A DNA stretch of 63,863 nucleotides, the filler included, from Chiloscyllium plagiosum (taxonomy: Eukaryota): NCBI RefSeq assembly GCF_004010195.1. It is 3 parts of one record of this genome, joined end to end, with 100 filler letters (N's around TTAATTAATTAA, not from the genome) between each part and the next. Parts side by side here need not be neighbours in the genome. Positions count along the whole stretch, not along the records: positions 28,483 to 53,578 come from NC_057711.1; 2 more parts are not named here. One strand, given 5' to 3'. Under the pieces are notes generated by a model, which saw only the letters and a list, made by a program, of their open reading frames with translations, ran no database searches and was not told the DNA's origin. The translations under genes were made by a program, and so were the position numbers. Shown here piece after piece: positions 39,351 through 51,680 of the stretch. The first letter of the stretch is position 1. The number at the start of each line of letters is the position of its first letter.

Positions 39351-39835
39351 AAAAAAAACCAATGCAGATGAGTGAGCAACCGCTAGGATGGTGGGAAAAC
39401 AGGCCTTGGTGTGAGCTGGGGCAGAAACATGACCTCCATTTTCAGAGAATAGTATCGGAAGCAGGCAGGAAATCATTGCTATAGTCATGTCTATAGGTAC
39501 CAAAGGCTGGAATTTGATATCTTAGCAACAGATCAGTTGAAATGGGATACTGTCACAGAGGGTGGAAACAGGTTTTCATAAAGCTGCAGCAAAGTTCAAC
39601 TTGGGATCAAATTGATTACAAAGGGAACACACAGTCTGATTCAGTCTCAAACAGAGAAGTGTAACATTAATGGCCAGGGAAAGGGTTTACCATAGGGGCT
39701 GAAAGTAACAGCATTAGCCTTACAATGTTTAATTTGAGAAAGTTTCTGGTGATCCAGTATTGAAAGTCTGGCCAGCAGTCTATTCCAGAAAACCAGTTTA
39801 CATAAACAGAGTAACTGCAGACCATTCGGGGTCCA

Positions 39836-40180
39836 TTGGAAAGATGACAAGGGAGAACGATCTGACAAAAACACTTAGTGATTTTCCAATAACTGTTTTT
39901 ATTAAAACCATGATTAGTGAGTATGTTTTTCTTTCCTTGAAATCTTACAACAGTGCAGAGATTGCCACACTGTCACAGGGTCAGTGCTGAGAGAGTGCTG
40001 CACTGTCAGAGGGTCAGTACTGAGGGAGTGCCGCACTGTTGGAGGGTCAGTACTGAGGGAGTGCCACACTTGTAAGATTACAAAAGAAAAACACACTCAC
40101 GAATCATGATTTTAATGAAAACAGTTACTGGAAAATCACTAAGTGTTTTTTCAGATCGTTCTCCCTTGTAACGTTTCCAA
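39836..40180. repeat. About 112-bp inverted repeat (39836-39950 / 40070-40180) enclosing 33-bp satellite units
   Basis: acaagggagaacgatctga...aatcttacaa versus ttgtaagatt...tcagatcgttctcccttgt. Confidence 0.85.
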
Positions 40181-40627
40181 GAGAAACAGTGCTTGAATTA
40201 GAGCTACATTCCAACTCAATCTCGCTGTCTAACTGGGTTGTCCCTACTATTCTCACACCAATTACAAGCACTGCCCAGAAAGCATGTTTAGTCAGTGGCA
40301 GAGCGGGGAGTTAATGCCAACTGGTTTGTGATAGTTTCCAGAAAACTGCTGGCTCTATCAATGTTTGTACATGTCTCCTAACATCTTCCAACATCGGTTA
40401 CGCAGTCTCTGGCTACAGCTTAGGCCTTTTCGGACTGAGATGAAGAGCAATGTCATCATCCAGAGAGTAGGGATTCTCTGGAATTCATTACCTCACAGGC
40501 TCTGGAGGCCAAGTCACTGAATATATTCATGAAAGAGATACGTTTTTTTATTTCATTGGCATCAAGTATATAGGGATGAGATAAGAGCATGGTTTTGAGA
40601 TAATGGATCAGCCATGATCATATTGAA

Positions 40628-41080
40628 AAGGGAGTGTCACACTCTCAGAGGGTCAGTGCGGAGGGAGTGCTGCTCTGTCGGAGGCTCAGTGCGGAGGGAG
40701 TGCCGCTCTGTCGGAGGCTCAGTGCGGAGGGAGTGCCGCTCTGTCGGAGGGTCAGTGCTGAGGGACTGCTGCGCTGTCGGAGGGTCACTGCGGAGGGAGT
40801 GCCGCTCTGTTGGAGGGTCAGTGCGGAGGGAGTGCTACTCTGTAGGAGGGTCAGTGCGGAGGGAGTGCCGCACTGTCAGAGGGTCAATGCGGAGGGAGTG
40901 CCATGTTGTCGGAGGGTCAGTGCTGAGGGAGTGCCGCACTGTCGGAGGGTCGGTGCTGAGAGAGTGCCGCACTGTCGGAGGGTCAGTGCTGAGGGAGAGC
41001 CGTACTGTCGGAGGGTCAGTGCTGAGGGAGAGCCGCACTATCAGAGGGTCAGTAATGAGGGAGTGCTGCACTGTTGAAGA
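40628..41080. repeat. 33-bp satellite array in the opposite orientation; 3-4 more units at 39951-40069
   Basis: Unit gggtcagtgctgagggagtgccgcactgtcgga. Confidence 0.95.
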
Positions 41081-41253
41081 GTCCACATTGAGGCATATTG
41101 CTGTGTCAGTGGGCAAGTACATATGGAGTGCTGCAATACTGAAAGCTCAGTAATGAAGCAGTGCTGCACTGTCCATGGCATGCTACAGGCAGAATGCCAC
41201 ACTGTTGGAAGCAATGTCTTTCAGAGAGATGTTTCTTGAGTTTGTCTGTCTCC

Positions 41254-41969
41254 TGTTACAACACAGGGTCAACCCCTCCGCTAATTTAACCCTGACACAC
41301 AGAGAAGCTCACCTCAGGTCATAATCTGTTACATTTCGAGAGGCAAAGAACTATCCCAGAGGTCACCATTTAAAGTAAAAGTTAACAATTTATTCCTTAA
41401 GTCCAACAGAGAATATTAAAACCAACAACTATTTACAACTCCTTTCTCTTACACCTATCTTTTATCTCCTCACTCGACAAAACCGGTCTGATAGAAACCC
41501 TGATTAAGGTTTACAAAAAGAATTCAGATTTCAAAACCAGGCAGTCTTCTATTTGTATCTTCCCTCTCTGATTTTCCTCCATCGTCTTTTCTTCAGTATT
41601 TGCCTTCACAGGTCTTTCATATAAACAGGTACCTTTTTGAGAGCTAGTCTATAGTTGTTGGTTTTCTTTGCAGTTTTTGCCCTATCTGTTCAAAGTGACC
41701 AGTTTTATACCTCAAAACATTGTTTTATTTCACTGCTTGGATGTCCTCCCAAACAGTAAAATTCAAATTCGGCCAATCAATTTAAATTATGCCCCAGATA
41801 CCAAAATCTGATCGAATTTGAATCTCACTGTTTCTGTTTGTACCACGGCAACTCAGTTACACTATTGGTTTCACAGTCAAATGTTACATTTTAAATTCTT
41901 TCAGGACACTTTGTGCCCGCCAGAAATTTCAGCTCCCTAAAAGGTACAGTACACACCAAACCCTTCACA
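41254..41969 (-). mobile_element. Probable solo LTR
   Basis: TGTTA...TCACA termini; AT-rich block that interrupts a SINE-like sequence; no clear TSD. Confidence 0.45.
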
Positions 41970-42399
41970 ACCCTCCTCAGTTGGAGTTTAATATCTCACT
42001 CAAATATTTGTTATCCGATGCACTGTTCCCAGGGAGTGACTCGTCAGCTGTAAAGAGATGACGGGTGGATTTCAGTTTAACACATCAAGAATAGGGGCTC
42101 CTCAAGCACATCCACAAAGCACATGTCAGCTCGGATTACGATTCAGACAGTGCACTGACAAATGGTTGGTTATGTCAGGTCAATGCCTGGTGCGGCTCAT
42201 TATGTAGGACATTGGAATGTCCTTAATCTTCCCACGAGCAAGGACATTACTAGGCTCTGCTACAAATGACATATCAACATTGAGAAAACAATTACATCAC
42301 AGGAGACAGCAACTCAGTGTTTCCGACTGAGTCCCAAATCACCTGCACTTTAATTCATTCATTGGATGTCACCATTGCATCTCTTAGAAATAAGAGTAA

Positions 42400-44120
42400 A
42401 GCTTACTCTGTCCTGTTCCTGTCACACCAACTGCTGCACAGGATTTGATACAGGCTCAAGCTGCCTCTACACTGTCCCCATCAAACACTCCCAGGACAGG
42501 GACAGCACGGGGTTAGATACAGAATAAAGCTCCCTCTACACTGTCCCCCATCAAACACTCCCAGGACAGGGACAGCACGGAGTTAGATACAGAGTAAGAC
42601 TCCCTATACACTATCCTCATCAAACACTCCCAGGACAGGGACAGCATGGGGTTAGATACAGAATAAAGCTCCCTCTACACTGTCCTCATCAAACACACCC
42701 AGGACAGGGACAGCACAGGGTTAGATACAGAGTAAAGCTTCCTGTACACTGTCCCCATCAAACACTCCCAGGACAGGGACAGCACAGGGTTAGATACAGA
42801 GTAAAGCTCCCTCTACACTGTCCCCATTAAATACTCCCAGGACAGGGACAGCAAGAGGTTAGATACTGAGTAAAGCTTCCTGTACACTGTCCCCCATCAA
42901 ACACGCCCAGGGCAGGGACAGCACGGGGTTAGATACAGAGTAAAGCTCCCTCTACACTGTCCCCCATTAAACACTCCCAGGACAGGGCCTGCACAGGGTT
43001 AGATACAGAGTAAATCTCCCTCTACACTGTCCCCCATCAAACACTCCCAGGACAGGGCCAGCACAGAGTAAAGCTCCCTCTATACTACCATATCAGGTAC
43101 AACATGGTGTCAGAAACAAAGTAAAACTTGCTGGACTGTTTTAAACGAAGAGTAAAGAGGAGGTAAAGTTCCTTTGACTCTTTCAACCTGAAAGTCTCCT
43201 CGACACCATCTCTATCAAGCACTCCCAGGAGAGACAGGTCTCCAAGGGGCTGATGAGGGCAAAGTCAAGGGTGTTTTACTTTCAGTTCATAAGAGTAGAG
43301 GCAGCTTCAGTTTCAGTTAAGAGTTGAGGGATGTTGACTCATTATCTAATCCTATCGGCATCCTGTCATTGGAGAGTTTGATGAGGAAATTGTCCAGGGG
43401 TCTTTGTTTTCTGTTTCTGTTTAGTTTAAAAGAGTATAGTGAGCTTTATTTTGGGATCAAAGAGCAGAGGAGTAGGAGGTGCTTTACTCTCTGTTACATC
43501 CTATTTAGTACCTGTCCTGGGAGCATGTAATGGGATCGGCTTCGAGGTACATTTGTTGTATCTAACCCTGTGCTGTTTCTGTCTCAGGAGTGTTTGATGG
43601 GGACAGTGTAGAGGGAGCTTTACCCTGTGTCTAACCTCATGCTGTCCCTGTCCTGGGAGTGTTTGATGGGGACAGTGTAGAAGGAGCTTTACTCTGTATC
43701 TAACCCTGTGCTATCCTTGTCCTGGGATGTGTTTGATGGGGACAGTGTAGAGGGAGCTTTACTCTGTACCTAACCCCGTGCTGTCCCTGTCCTGGGAGTG
43801 TTTGATGGGGACAGTGTAGAGGGAGTTTTACTCTGTACCTAACCTCATGCTGTCCCTGTCCTGGGAGTGTTTGATGGGGACAGTGTAGAGGGAGCTTTAC
43901 TCTGTATCTAACCCATGTGTTCTACATTTGTTTGATGGGTACAGTGTCAAGGGAGCTTTACTCCCACGATAGGCACATCAAATAGTTAGTAAAGCTCTTC
44001 TTTTCTATGTTGTCCCTCTCAAACACTCCCAGGACAGGGAGAGATGTGGTTTGATACAAACTAAAGCTTCACCTACTGTCCCCATCAAATATTCACAAGT
44101 TCGGGATAGGAAGGGCAGAT
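42400..44120. repeat. 69-70-bp satellite arrays in alternating orientation; also at 6527-6720 and 11650-11920
   Basis: Unit ctctgtatctaaccccgtgctgtccctgtcctgggagtgtttgatggggacagtgtagagggagcttta. Confidence 0.95.
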
Positions 44121-45349
44121 ACAGACTGCAATCCATGAAAGCGGGAGAAGGACACTCATTCCTTGCTCCCCTTCGGCATTGAAAATGACCCCATCCTGAG
44201 GTGAAATCTCAGTCTCCATGAAATAAAGCAAAGACCTGCAGATGCTGAAGATCTGAAACCAGCCGTTAACCAGGAATACAGAAGCAGAACTAGCAGTTCC
44301 GAAGAAGGTTCATTGAACTTAAAAGTGTTTGAAATGTTTCTCTCTCGCACACAAATGCTGCCAGACATGCTGAGTTTCTCCAGCAATTTCTATTTTTGTT
44401 TCAATGATTTACTCTTCCACCTTCTTGTTTCTCACGACTGAAAACATACCACAATTTGTCTTTGTTAATGTCAGTGGATTACATTATACACAATCCCATT
44501 GTAAATCCTGCTCTCCCCAACACAGCATCACCATGTTGCCTAACTAATTGTCACCTGACACCTTTCAGAGACAACGCTCCATTCTTTCCACTAAGTCATC
44601 AATCTTTCTGAAAACAAATGTGCTGCCAAAGCTTTTTGTCTTACACTTGTCAAAACAAATCCAAGAACGCCAAATTTTAAGGCAAGACAACAACTTACAA
44701 CGCAGGATAAAGGAGTGCCAACTGTTTGACAAGTCGACTCTGACTGGATGAGGTGTTGCCATGGAGAAAGCAACATGGAAATAGAGGCTGTCCAAGCTCC
44801 CAAGGAGAAATTGAAAAAAGATGCAAGGCAAGATCCATACTCTGTACAGCTTTCTGAAACACAAGAACCTAGTACGGAAAGCTGAGTATTGTGACATTTC
44901 ACATCTTAGCCCTGTCTTCTCAGTCTTAATTAATCATTTCCAACTTTGTATGCTCTGATTTTTGCTGATGATTTCTTGTGCTGAACCTCTTCAAATTCTT
45001 TCTGAATATTCACGTAGATATACAACTACTTACCCCTACTAAATTACCCAGCTAAATTAGTCAGACATGGGCTTTCTACAGGAGTCAAAGAGAAACTTCC
45101 AATCAAAGCGTAACTGAGCTGTGGAATGAGTTACCTGGAAATGGCAGAGGAGAAGGGCATCGATGTACACAGTACAATGAGTTACAGACTCACAAAATCA
45201 CACAGTACAAACCAGCCCATTGAGCCTGCACCAGTCTAAACCTCCACTCATCCAACTTTCCAGCTCTTGGTCCATAGCGTCGAATGTTGGAACGTTTCAA
45301 ATCCTCATCCAAGCACTTTTTAAAGTTTATGAGGTTCCTCATCTCATTG

Positions 45350-45700
45350 GATAAAACAATGACTGCAGATGCTGGAAACCAGATTCTGGATTAGAGTGGT
45401 GTTGGAAAAGCACAGCAGTTCAGGCAGCATCCGAGGAGCAGGAAAATCGATGTTTCGGGCAAAAACTCTTCATCAGGAATACAGGCAGAGAGCCTGAAGT
45501 GTGGAGAGGAGGGTGCGGGTGGGGAGAAAATAGCATAGAGTACAGAACACACCAGATGGTCTCCTTATTCGAGAACGCGATTTCCCTTCGCACATGGTTA
45601 AAGGTGCCCTCCAACGCAACTCTTCCACATCCAATGTAGAGGAGACCGCATCTGGAGCAACGGATACAATAAATGATATTAGTGGATGTGCAGGTAAAAC
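45350..45700 (-). mobile_element. Penelope terminal repeat and endonuclease fragments
   Basis: Terminal repeat with degenerate hammerhead at 45445-45480; GIY-YIG-like remnant next to the gap. Confidence 0.7.
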
Positions 45701-46200
45701 NNNNNNNNNNNNNNNNNNNNNNNNNNNNNNNNNNNNNNNNNNNNNNNNNNNNNNNNNNNNNNNNNNNNNNNNNNNNNNNNNNNNNNNNNNNNNNNNNNNN
45801 NNNNNNNNNNNNNNNNNNNNNNNNNNNNNNNNNNNNNNNNNNNNNNNNNNNNNNNNNNNNNNNNNNNNNNNNNNNNNNNNNNNNNNNNNNNNNNNNNNNN
45901 NNNNNNNNNNNNNNNNNNNNNNNNNNNNNNNNNNNNNNNNNNNNNNNNNNNNNNNNNNNNNNNNNNNNNNNNNNNNNNNNNNNNNNNNNNNNNNNNNNNN
46001 NNNNNNNNNNNNNNNNNNNNNNNNNNNNNNNNNNNNNNNNNNNNNNNNNNNNNNNNNNNNNNNNNNNNNNNNNNNNNNNNNNNNNNNNNNNNNNNNNNNN
46101 NNNNNNNNNNNNNNNNNNNNNNNNNNNNNNNNNNNNNNNNNNNNNNNNNNNNNNNNNNNNNNNNNNNNNNNNNNNNNNNNNNNNNNNNNNNNNNNNNNNN

Positions 46201-47370
46201 CTTTTGAAAAGGTCCCATATAAAAGATTAGCATGCAAACTTAAAGTGCATGGGACTGGGGTGGTGTACTGAAATGGACAGAAAGATGATTAGCACACAGG
46301 AAACAAAGAGTGAGTCTAAATGGATCATTTTCCAAGCAGTAGTTAGTGACTAGTGGGGTGCCACAGGGATCAGTGCTAGGGCCCGAGCTTTTCATAATGT
46401 ATATTATTGATTTAGATGAAGGAACAAAAATGTAATATCTTCAAATTTGCAGATGATACATACTTGGATGGGTGGGTGAGCTTTATGGACGATGTAGAGA
46501 TGGTTCAGTGTGATTTTGACAAGTTGAGTAAGTGAGCCAATGCATAGTAGATGCAGCATAATGTGGATAAATGTGAGGTTACCAACTTTGGTAGCAAAAA
46601 CAGAAGACAAATTATTATCGAAATGGCGATAGATTGGGAAATGGGGAGTTGTGCAGAGATCTGGATGTCCTTGTACACCAGTCGCTGAAAGTAACCATGC
46701 AGGGGCAGCAGGCAGTAAAGAAGGGAAATGGGATGTTGACCTTCATAGTGAGAAGATTGGTGTCCAGGAGCTGGGATGTCTTGTTGCAATTGTACAAGGC
46801 CTTGGAGAGACCACACCTGGAATACTGTGTGCAGTTTTGGTCTCCTTATCTGAAGAAGGATGTCCTAGCTAAGGAGGAATGGAACAAAGGTTTACAAGGC
46901 TGATTCCTGGGATGTCAGGACTAACATACAAAGACAGCATGGATTGGTTAGGACTACATTCACTGTAGTTTAAAAGAATGAGGAGAAATCTCATAGAAAT
47001 CTATAAAATTCTAACAGGACTAGACAGGATAAACCCCGGAAGGATATGCCCGTTGATAGGCAGATTCAGAACCAGGAGTCATAGCCTAAGGATATGGGAT
47101 TTAGGGCTTTTTAGGATGTTACTGATCTGGGGAGAAATGTCTTCACCCAGAGAGTGGGGAGACTGTGGGATTCTCTGTAACAGAAAGTGGTTGAGGCCAA
47201 AATATTGAATGTTTTCAATAAGGAGTTGGGGAGACTCTTAGGGCTAAAGGGGTCAAAGGTTATGGGGGAAAGCAGGAATGGGTTATTGAGTTGGATGACC
47301 AGCCATGATCCTACTGAATGGTGGAAAGGCTCAAAGGGCTGAATGGCCTCCCCCTGCTCCTATGTTTCTA
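46201..47370 (+). mobile_element. CR1 LINE 3' portion
   Basis: [29 protein letters not shown] and 3' UTR. Confidence 0.9.
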
Positions 47371-47910
47371 TTCCCCACCTTCCCACCCACATCCCCCTCT
47401 TACTCCCTTCTAGAATGTTCTTATTCACCTAGTCATAATCAGACTAGTGCTGAATCATCTCGCAGTGTTCCCTCGGTGACACCCCCAAGACTCAGGTTTC
47501 TCAATGAGACCCAGCCCCTTGGCAGCATCAGCCCACAGACTGTGCAGTTTGACCCCTGCACACCCCCTACCTTGCCCTCCTATACCTCCCACACCCAGTA
47601 CTGAATCAATCCTGGTGAGCTGCCTTCCTGACCCGCTGCAGTCCATGTGCTGTAGGGTGACCCACAATGCCCTGAGGGAGGGAATTCCAGGATTCTGACC
47701 CCGGGACACTGAAGGAACGGTGATATATTTCCAAGTCAGGATGGGGAGTGGCCTGGAGGGGAACTTGCAGGGAGTGGTCTTCCCATGTATCTAGCACTAG
47801 GGGCAACAGTGTTACCCACATCCCATCACAGCTTAAACACAATAAATGTCCCCTCGATGACCAGGCCCCTCACTACCTCTGTCCTCCTCCAGCCCTACAA
47901 CCTGACGGAG

Positions 47911-48245
47911 GGGCGGCATGGTGGCTCAGTGGTTAGCACTGCTGCCTCACAGCGCCAGGGTCCCAGGTTCGATTCCAGCCTCAGGCGACTGTCTGTGTGG
48001 AGTTTGCACATTCTCCCCATGTCTGCGTGGGTTTCCTCCGGGTGCTCCGGTTTCCTCCCACAGTCCAAAGGTGTGCAGGTCAGGCAGATTGGCCATGCTA
48101 AATTACCCATAGTGTTCAGGGATGTGTAGGCTAGGGGCATTAGTCAGGGGTAAATATAGGGTAATAGGGTGGTGGAATGGGTCTCTTCAGAGGGTCAGCA
48201 TGGACTTGGGCCAAATGGCCTGTTTCCACATTGTGGAGATTCTAT
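47911..48245 (+). mobile_element. tRNA-derived HE1-like V-SINE; other copies at 15867-16177(-), 25830-26144(-), 30570-30905(-), 32735-33050(-), 35565-35901(-), 58078-58380(+)
   Basis: A box TGGCTCAGTGG, B box GGTTCGATTCC, V-domain gtggagtttgcacattctcccc...ggtttcctcccacagtccaaa. Confidence 0.9.
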
Positions 48246-48247
48246 GC

Positions 48248-48910
48248 TCCCCATCCAGCCCCCTACACCCCTCACTATCTCTGTCCTCCTCCTCCAGCCC
48301 CTACACCCCTCACTATCTCTGTCCTCCAGCCCTACACCACTCACTATCCCTCCAGCCCCTACACCCCTCACTATCTCTGTCCTCCTCCTCCCGCCCCTAC
48401 ACCCCTCACTATCTCTGTCCTCCTCCTCCCGCCCCTACACCCCTCACTATCTCTGTCCTCCTCCTCCCGCCCCTACACCCCTCACTATCTCTGTCCTCCT
48501 CCTCCCGCCCCTACACCCCTCACTATCTCTGTCCTCCTCCTCCCGCCCCTACACCCCTCACTATCTCTGTCCTCCTCCTCCCGCCCCTACACCCCTCACT
48601 ATCTCTGTCCTCCTCCTCCCGCCCCTACACCCCTCACTATCTCTGTCCTCCTCCTCCCGCCCCTACACCCCTCACTATCTCTGTCCTCCTCCTCCCGCCC
48701 CTACACCCCTCACTATCTCTGTCCTCCTCCTCCCGCCCCTACACCCCTCACTATCTCTGTCCTCCTCCTCCCGCCCCTACACCCCTCACTATCTCTGTCC
48801 TCCTCCTCCCGCCCCTACACCCCTCACCCTCACTATCTCTGTCCTCCAGCCCCTACACCCCTCACTATCTCTGTCCTCCAGCCCCCTACACCCCTCACTA
48901 TCCCTGTCCT
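48248..48910. repeat. 38-bp C-rich minisatellite
   Basis: Unit cccctacacccctcactatctctgtcctcctcctcccg with a homogeneous core. Confidence 0.96.
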
Positions 48911-50172
48911 CTGACTTTGAGCACCCCCCACATCGGGTTCATAAGGTGGGGTAGGGGTGTGGGAGGGTATCTGTGCCCCCCTCCCCATTACAGGGAGTGT
49001 AGCCTGTCCTCCCTGCGGGAGCTCCTGTTCCTGTTACAGGCAGCATTCGAACAGGAGTCACAGCTGAGCTACATTCCTGAGATTCCAGGTCCTGGTTTTT
49101 TTTAAATCCTGGTTTTACCAACAGACCGCTCCCCCTTTAACAGCCAGACCCCATTCCATTGTCCCCACCCCCACTGACCCTCCAGCAGCATTGTGCTGGG
49201 CTGCTTTTGAGTGCTTTATGACACTCAGAAGTTATGTTTTCTCCAACCTCCGGGGGAGAGGGTGTCACTGGCTGGGCTAATGTTATTTGCCCCATCTCTA
49301 ACTACCCTCTGAGCTGAGTGTCTTCCTTAACCCCCTGAGGTCAGACAGATTATACTACAGTCTGAAGTCAACAGGAGAAGGCTTTAGGACCCATTACAAA
49401 TACAGTGAGCTGCTTTGGCCAATGGAAATGGAGGGGGCAGAGTTTAATTTTGATCCGAATGTGTAAGGAGGTTTGAACCTGCCTGATTCCCACAGACCGA
49501 GAGGCAGCGTGCTGTGGCAGACACAGAGAGAGAGAGAGAGAGACAGAGAGATACAGAGTGAGTCAGAAAAAGGGAAAGAGACAGACACAGAGAGATAGAG
49601 AGACACAGACTGAGTTAGAAACAGGGGGAGAGAGAGAGAGAGACTCAGAGAAACACTCTGTACCTCCCCATTCACCCTCGATAACTGGGAGTGGAGCACA
49701 GGAGTGTGGAAATACTGTCAGATCACCCCGCAGCCTGGGCACAGTGAGTGTGTGTGTGTGTGAGAGAGAGAGAGAGGATTGCAGCAGTGTACAAACAGCC
49801 CTGGCTGTGAAGGAACAGGAAGAGGCCATGGCAAGGAGCTCATCGACCAAGGTGTGCATCTCCCTGTCAGGAATGCGGTCTAGCTGTGAAGAGTGACAGC
49901 TCAGCTGTCTCCTCACCCCCTGAACCACCTCAAACTCAGCCCGGCTCCCTTTCCATGTCCGTTCTGAGACTTTGCCTTCGAAGTTTGGAGAGTTACGACC
50001 TACCCACCAATTCTGGGATCGTCTTCGAAGACCCGTTAGAGATCGCCAGAGTGTTTGGCGGATGGTTTGGTACCATGCCAGGGGATTGGATGTGGTAGAG
50101 GGCGACTGTGGTGGAGAGGACTGAGTGGGTCTTATCGATTGGTTGGCACGGTGCAGGTGAGAGTTGCAGACC

Positions 50173-50979
50173 ATGAATCTGGTCAATGGCACTGACCATG
50201 TCAACAGCAGCAGCAATATTCTCAAAAACTCCAGGTTTCCGGTCATCCCCACTGTCATGTTTGTCTTTGGGGTGGTGGGGAATCTGGTTGCCATTGTGGT
50301 CCTCTGTAAGTCTCGGAAGGAGCAGAAGGAGACTACGTTCTACGCCCTGGTGTGTGGGTTGGCAGTGACTGATCTCCTGGGGACCTGCCTGGTCAGTCCC
50401 ATCACAATCATCACCTACATCACCGGGGACTGGCCTGGGGACACCGCGCTCTGTGAGTACGACTCTTTTGTCCTCCTGTTCTTCGGGACATCAGGTCTCA
50501 GCATCATCTGTGCCATGTCCATCGAGAGGTACCTCGCCATTAACCACGCTTACTTCTACAACCACTTTGTGGACAAGAAGCTGGCGGGTGTGACCTTGTT
50601 CACCATCTACCTGAGCAACACCCTGTTCTGCGCCCTGCCCAACTTCGGCCTGGGCAAGACCGTCCAGCAGTTCCCTGACACCTGGTGCTTTATCGACTGG
50701 CAGACGAAGGAGCCCCGGCATGCTGTCTACTCCTACATGTACGCCGGCTTCAGCTCCTTCCTCATCCTGGTGACCGTCATCTGTAATGTGCTGGTGTGCG
50801 TCGCCCTGATCCGAATGCACCGGCAGTTCGTGCGGCGGACCTCGCTGGGCCACGACCCCCGGCTCCGGGAACTGCGGCGCCGCAGGAGTTTCCGCCGCAT
50901 GGCTGGGGCCGAGATCCAGATGGTCATCCTGCTGATCGCGACCTCTGCTGTGGTGCTGGTCTGCTCCATCCCGCTGGTG
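50173..50979 (+). CDS. PTGER4: Prostaglandin E2 receptor EP4, first coding exon (TM1 to TM6)
   Basis: accATG start; VMFVFGVVGNLVAIVVLCKSRKEQKETTFY, MSIERY, FPDTWCF, RRRRSFRRMAGAEIQMV; phase-0 GTAAGT donor after SIPLV at the conserved prostanoid-receptor TM6 intron position. Final exon not seen. Confidence 0.96.
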
Positions 50980-51239
50980 GTAAGTGGTGGGGAGGCAGCT
51001 ACTGCTAATGTTACTGGGGGAGGGGGAGGTCAGTCATCCAGACAAACCCAGACCCATCTCCTGGGGTGGGTAGCAGGAGTTCAAATCTCACCGTAGCGGG
51101 ATGAAGACCTGCAATCAGGGAAGAACTAGCCCCAGTGACCAAGCATTGTCGATTGTTGGAATGGTCCTGTGGGATCCTTCAGGAAAGGATTCTGCTCCTC
51201 TCCTTCCCTGGTCTGACCCAACCCCAGAGCAGGGACACT

Positions 51240-51680
51240 GAACTACCCTCTGAACTGGCTGATCGAGGCATTTATTCCCCGGGTCCGGGATTTGGACGGG
51301 TTTAGACAGATCCAGTCTGAGACTCGGACAGATTTGGGGTACGAAACATCCCAGCAGATTTCAACACTTGGTGTCCTCGATCTATAAATGAAACTTAGCT
51401 GAGACCATTTGTTTAATTTCGGTTCAATGAAAAGTGAGAGAACTAGCTCCTGAGGATTGCAAAAGAGGTTCTGGGGTTTGAAGATGATTCCCAAATTTGC
51501 CAACAAAGTTTAGAAAAGACAGAGGAAAGACACACTTTTGGAATTAGTGAATAGTTTAGAATTGGGTTTAACCAGAGACAAAAGTAAAGCTGAAATTGTA
51601 AGGGAGTTGGTCAAGCACTTCGGTGTGTCAGAGAAACAGACCAAGTGCAGGAGAGTGAGAGAAACTTCAATTACAATTGA
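51240..51680 (+). mobile_element. LTR retrotransposon leader and gag N-terminal relic in the PTGER4 intron
   Basis: LLELVNSLELGLTRDKSKAEIVRELVKHFGVSE resembles the helical start of a Gypsy-type gag. Confidence 0.45.

Noticed and set aside
42460..43965. CRISPR-like regular repeats
   Set aside because: Head-to-tail satellite with no unique spacers, no cas genes and a eukaryotic context
47911..47980. tRNA gene
   Set aside because: A and B boxes belong to a SINE head that continues into the V-domain; seven diverged copies in the window
48122..49105. Pro-rich ORFs in all three + frames
   Set aside because: Produced by the 38-bp minisatellite
49563..50294. 243-aa antisense ORF over the PTGER4 5' region
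   Set aside because: Partly the antisense shadow of the CDS and partly GA/GT microsatellite; no recognisable domain
50980..51096. Six-TM EP4 with a novel C-terminus
   Set aside because: Read-through past a consensus GTAAGT donor; the last exon is probably lost at the join
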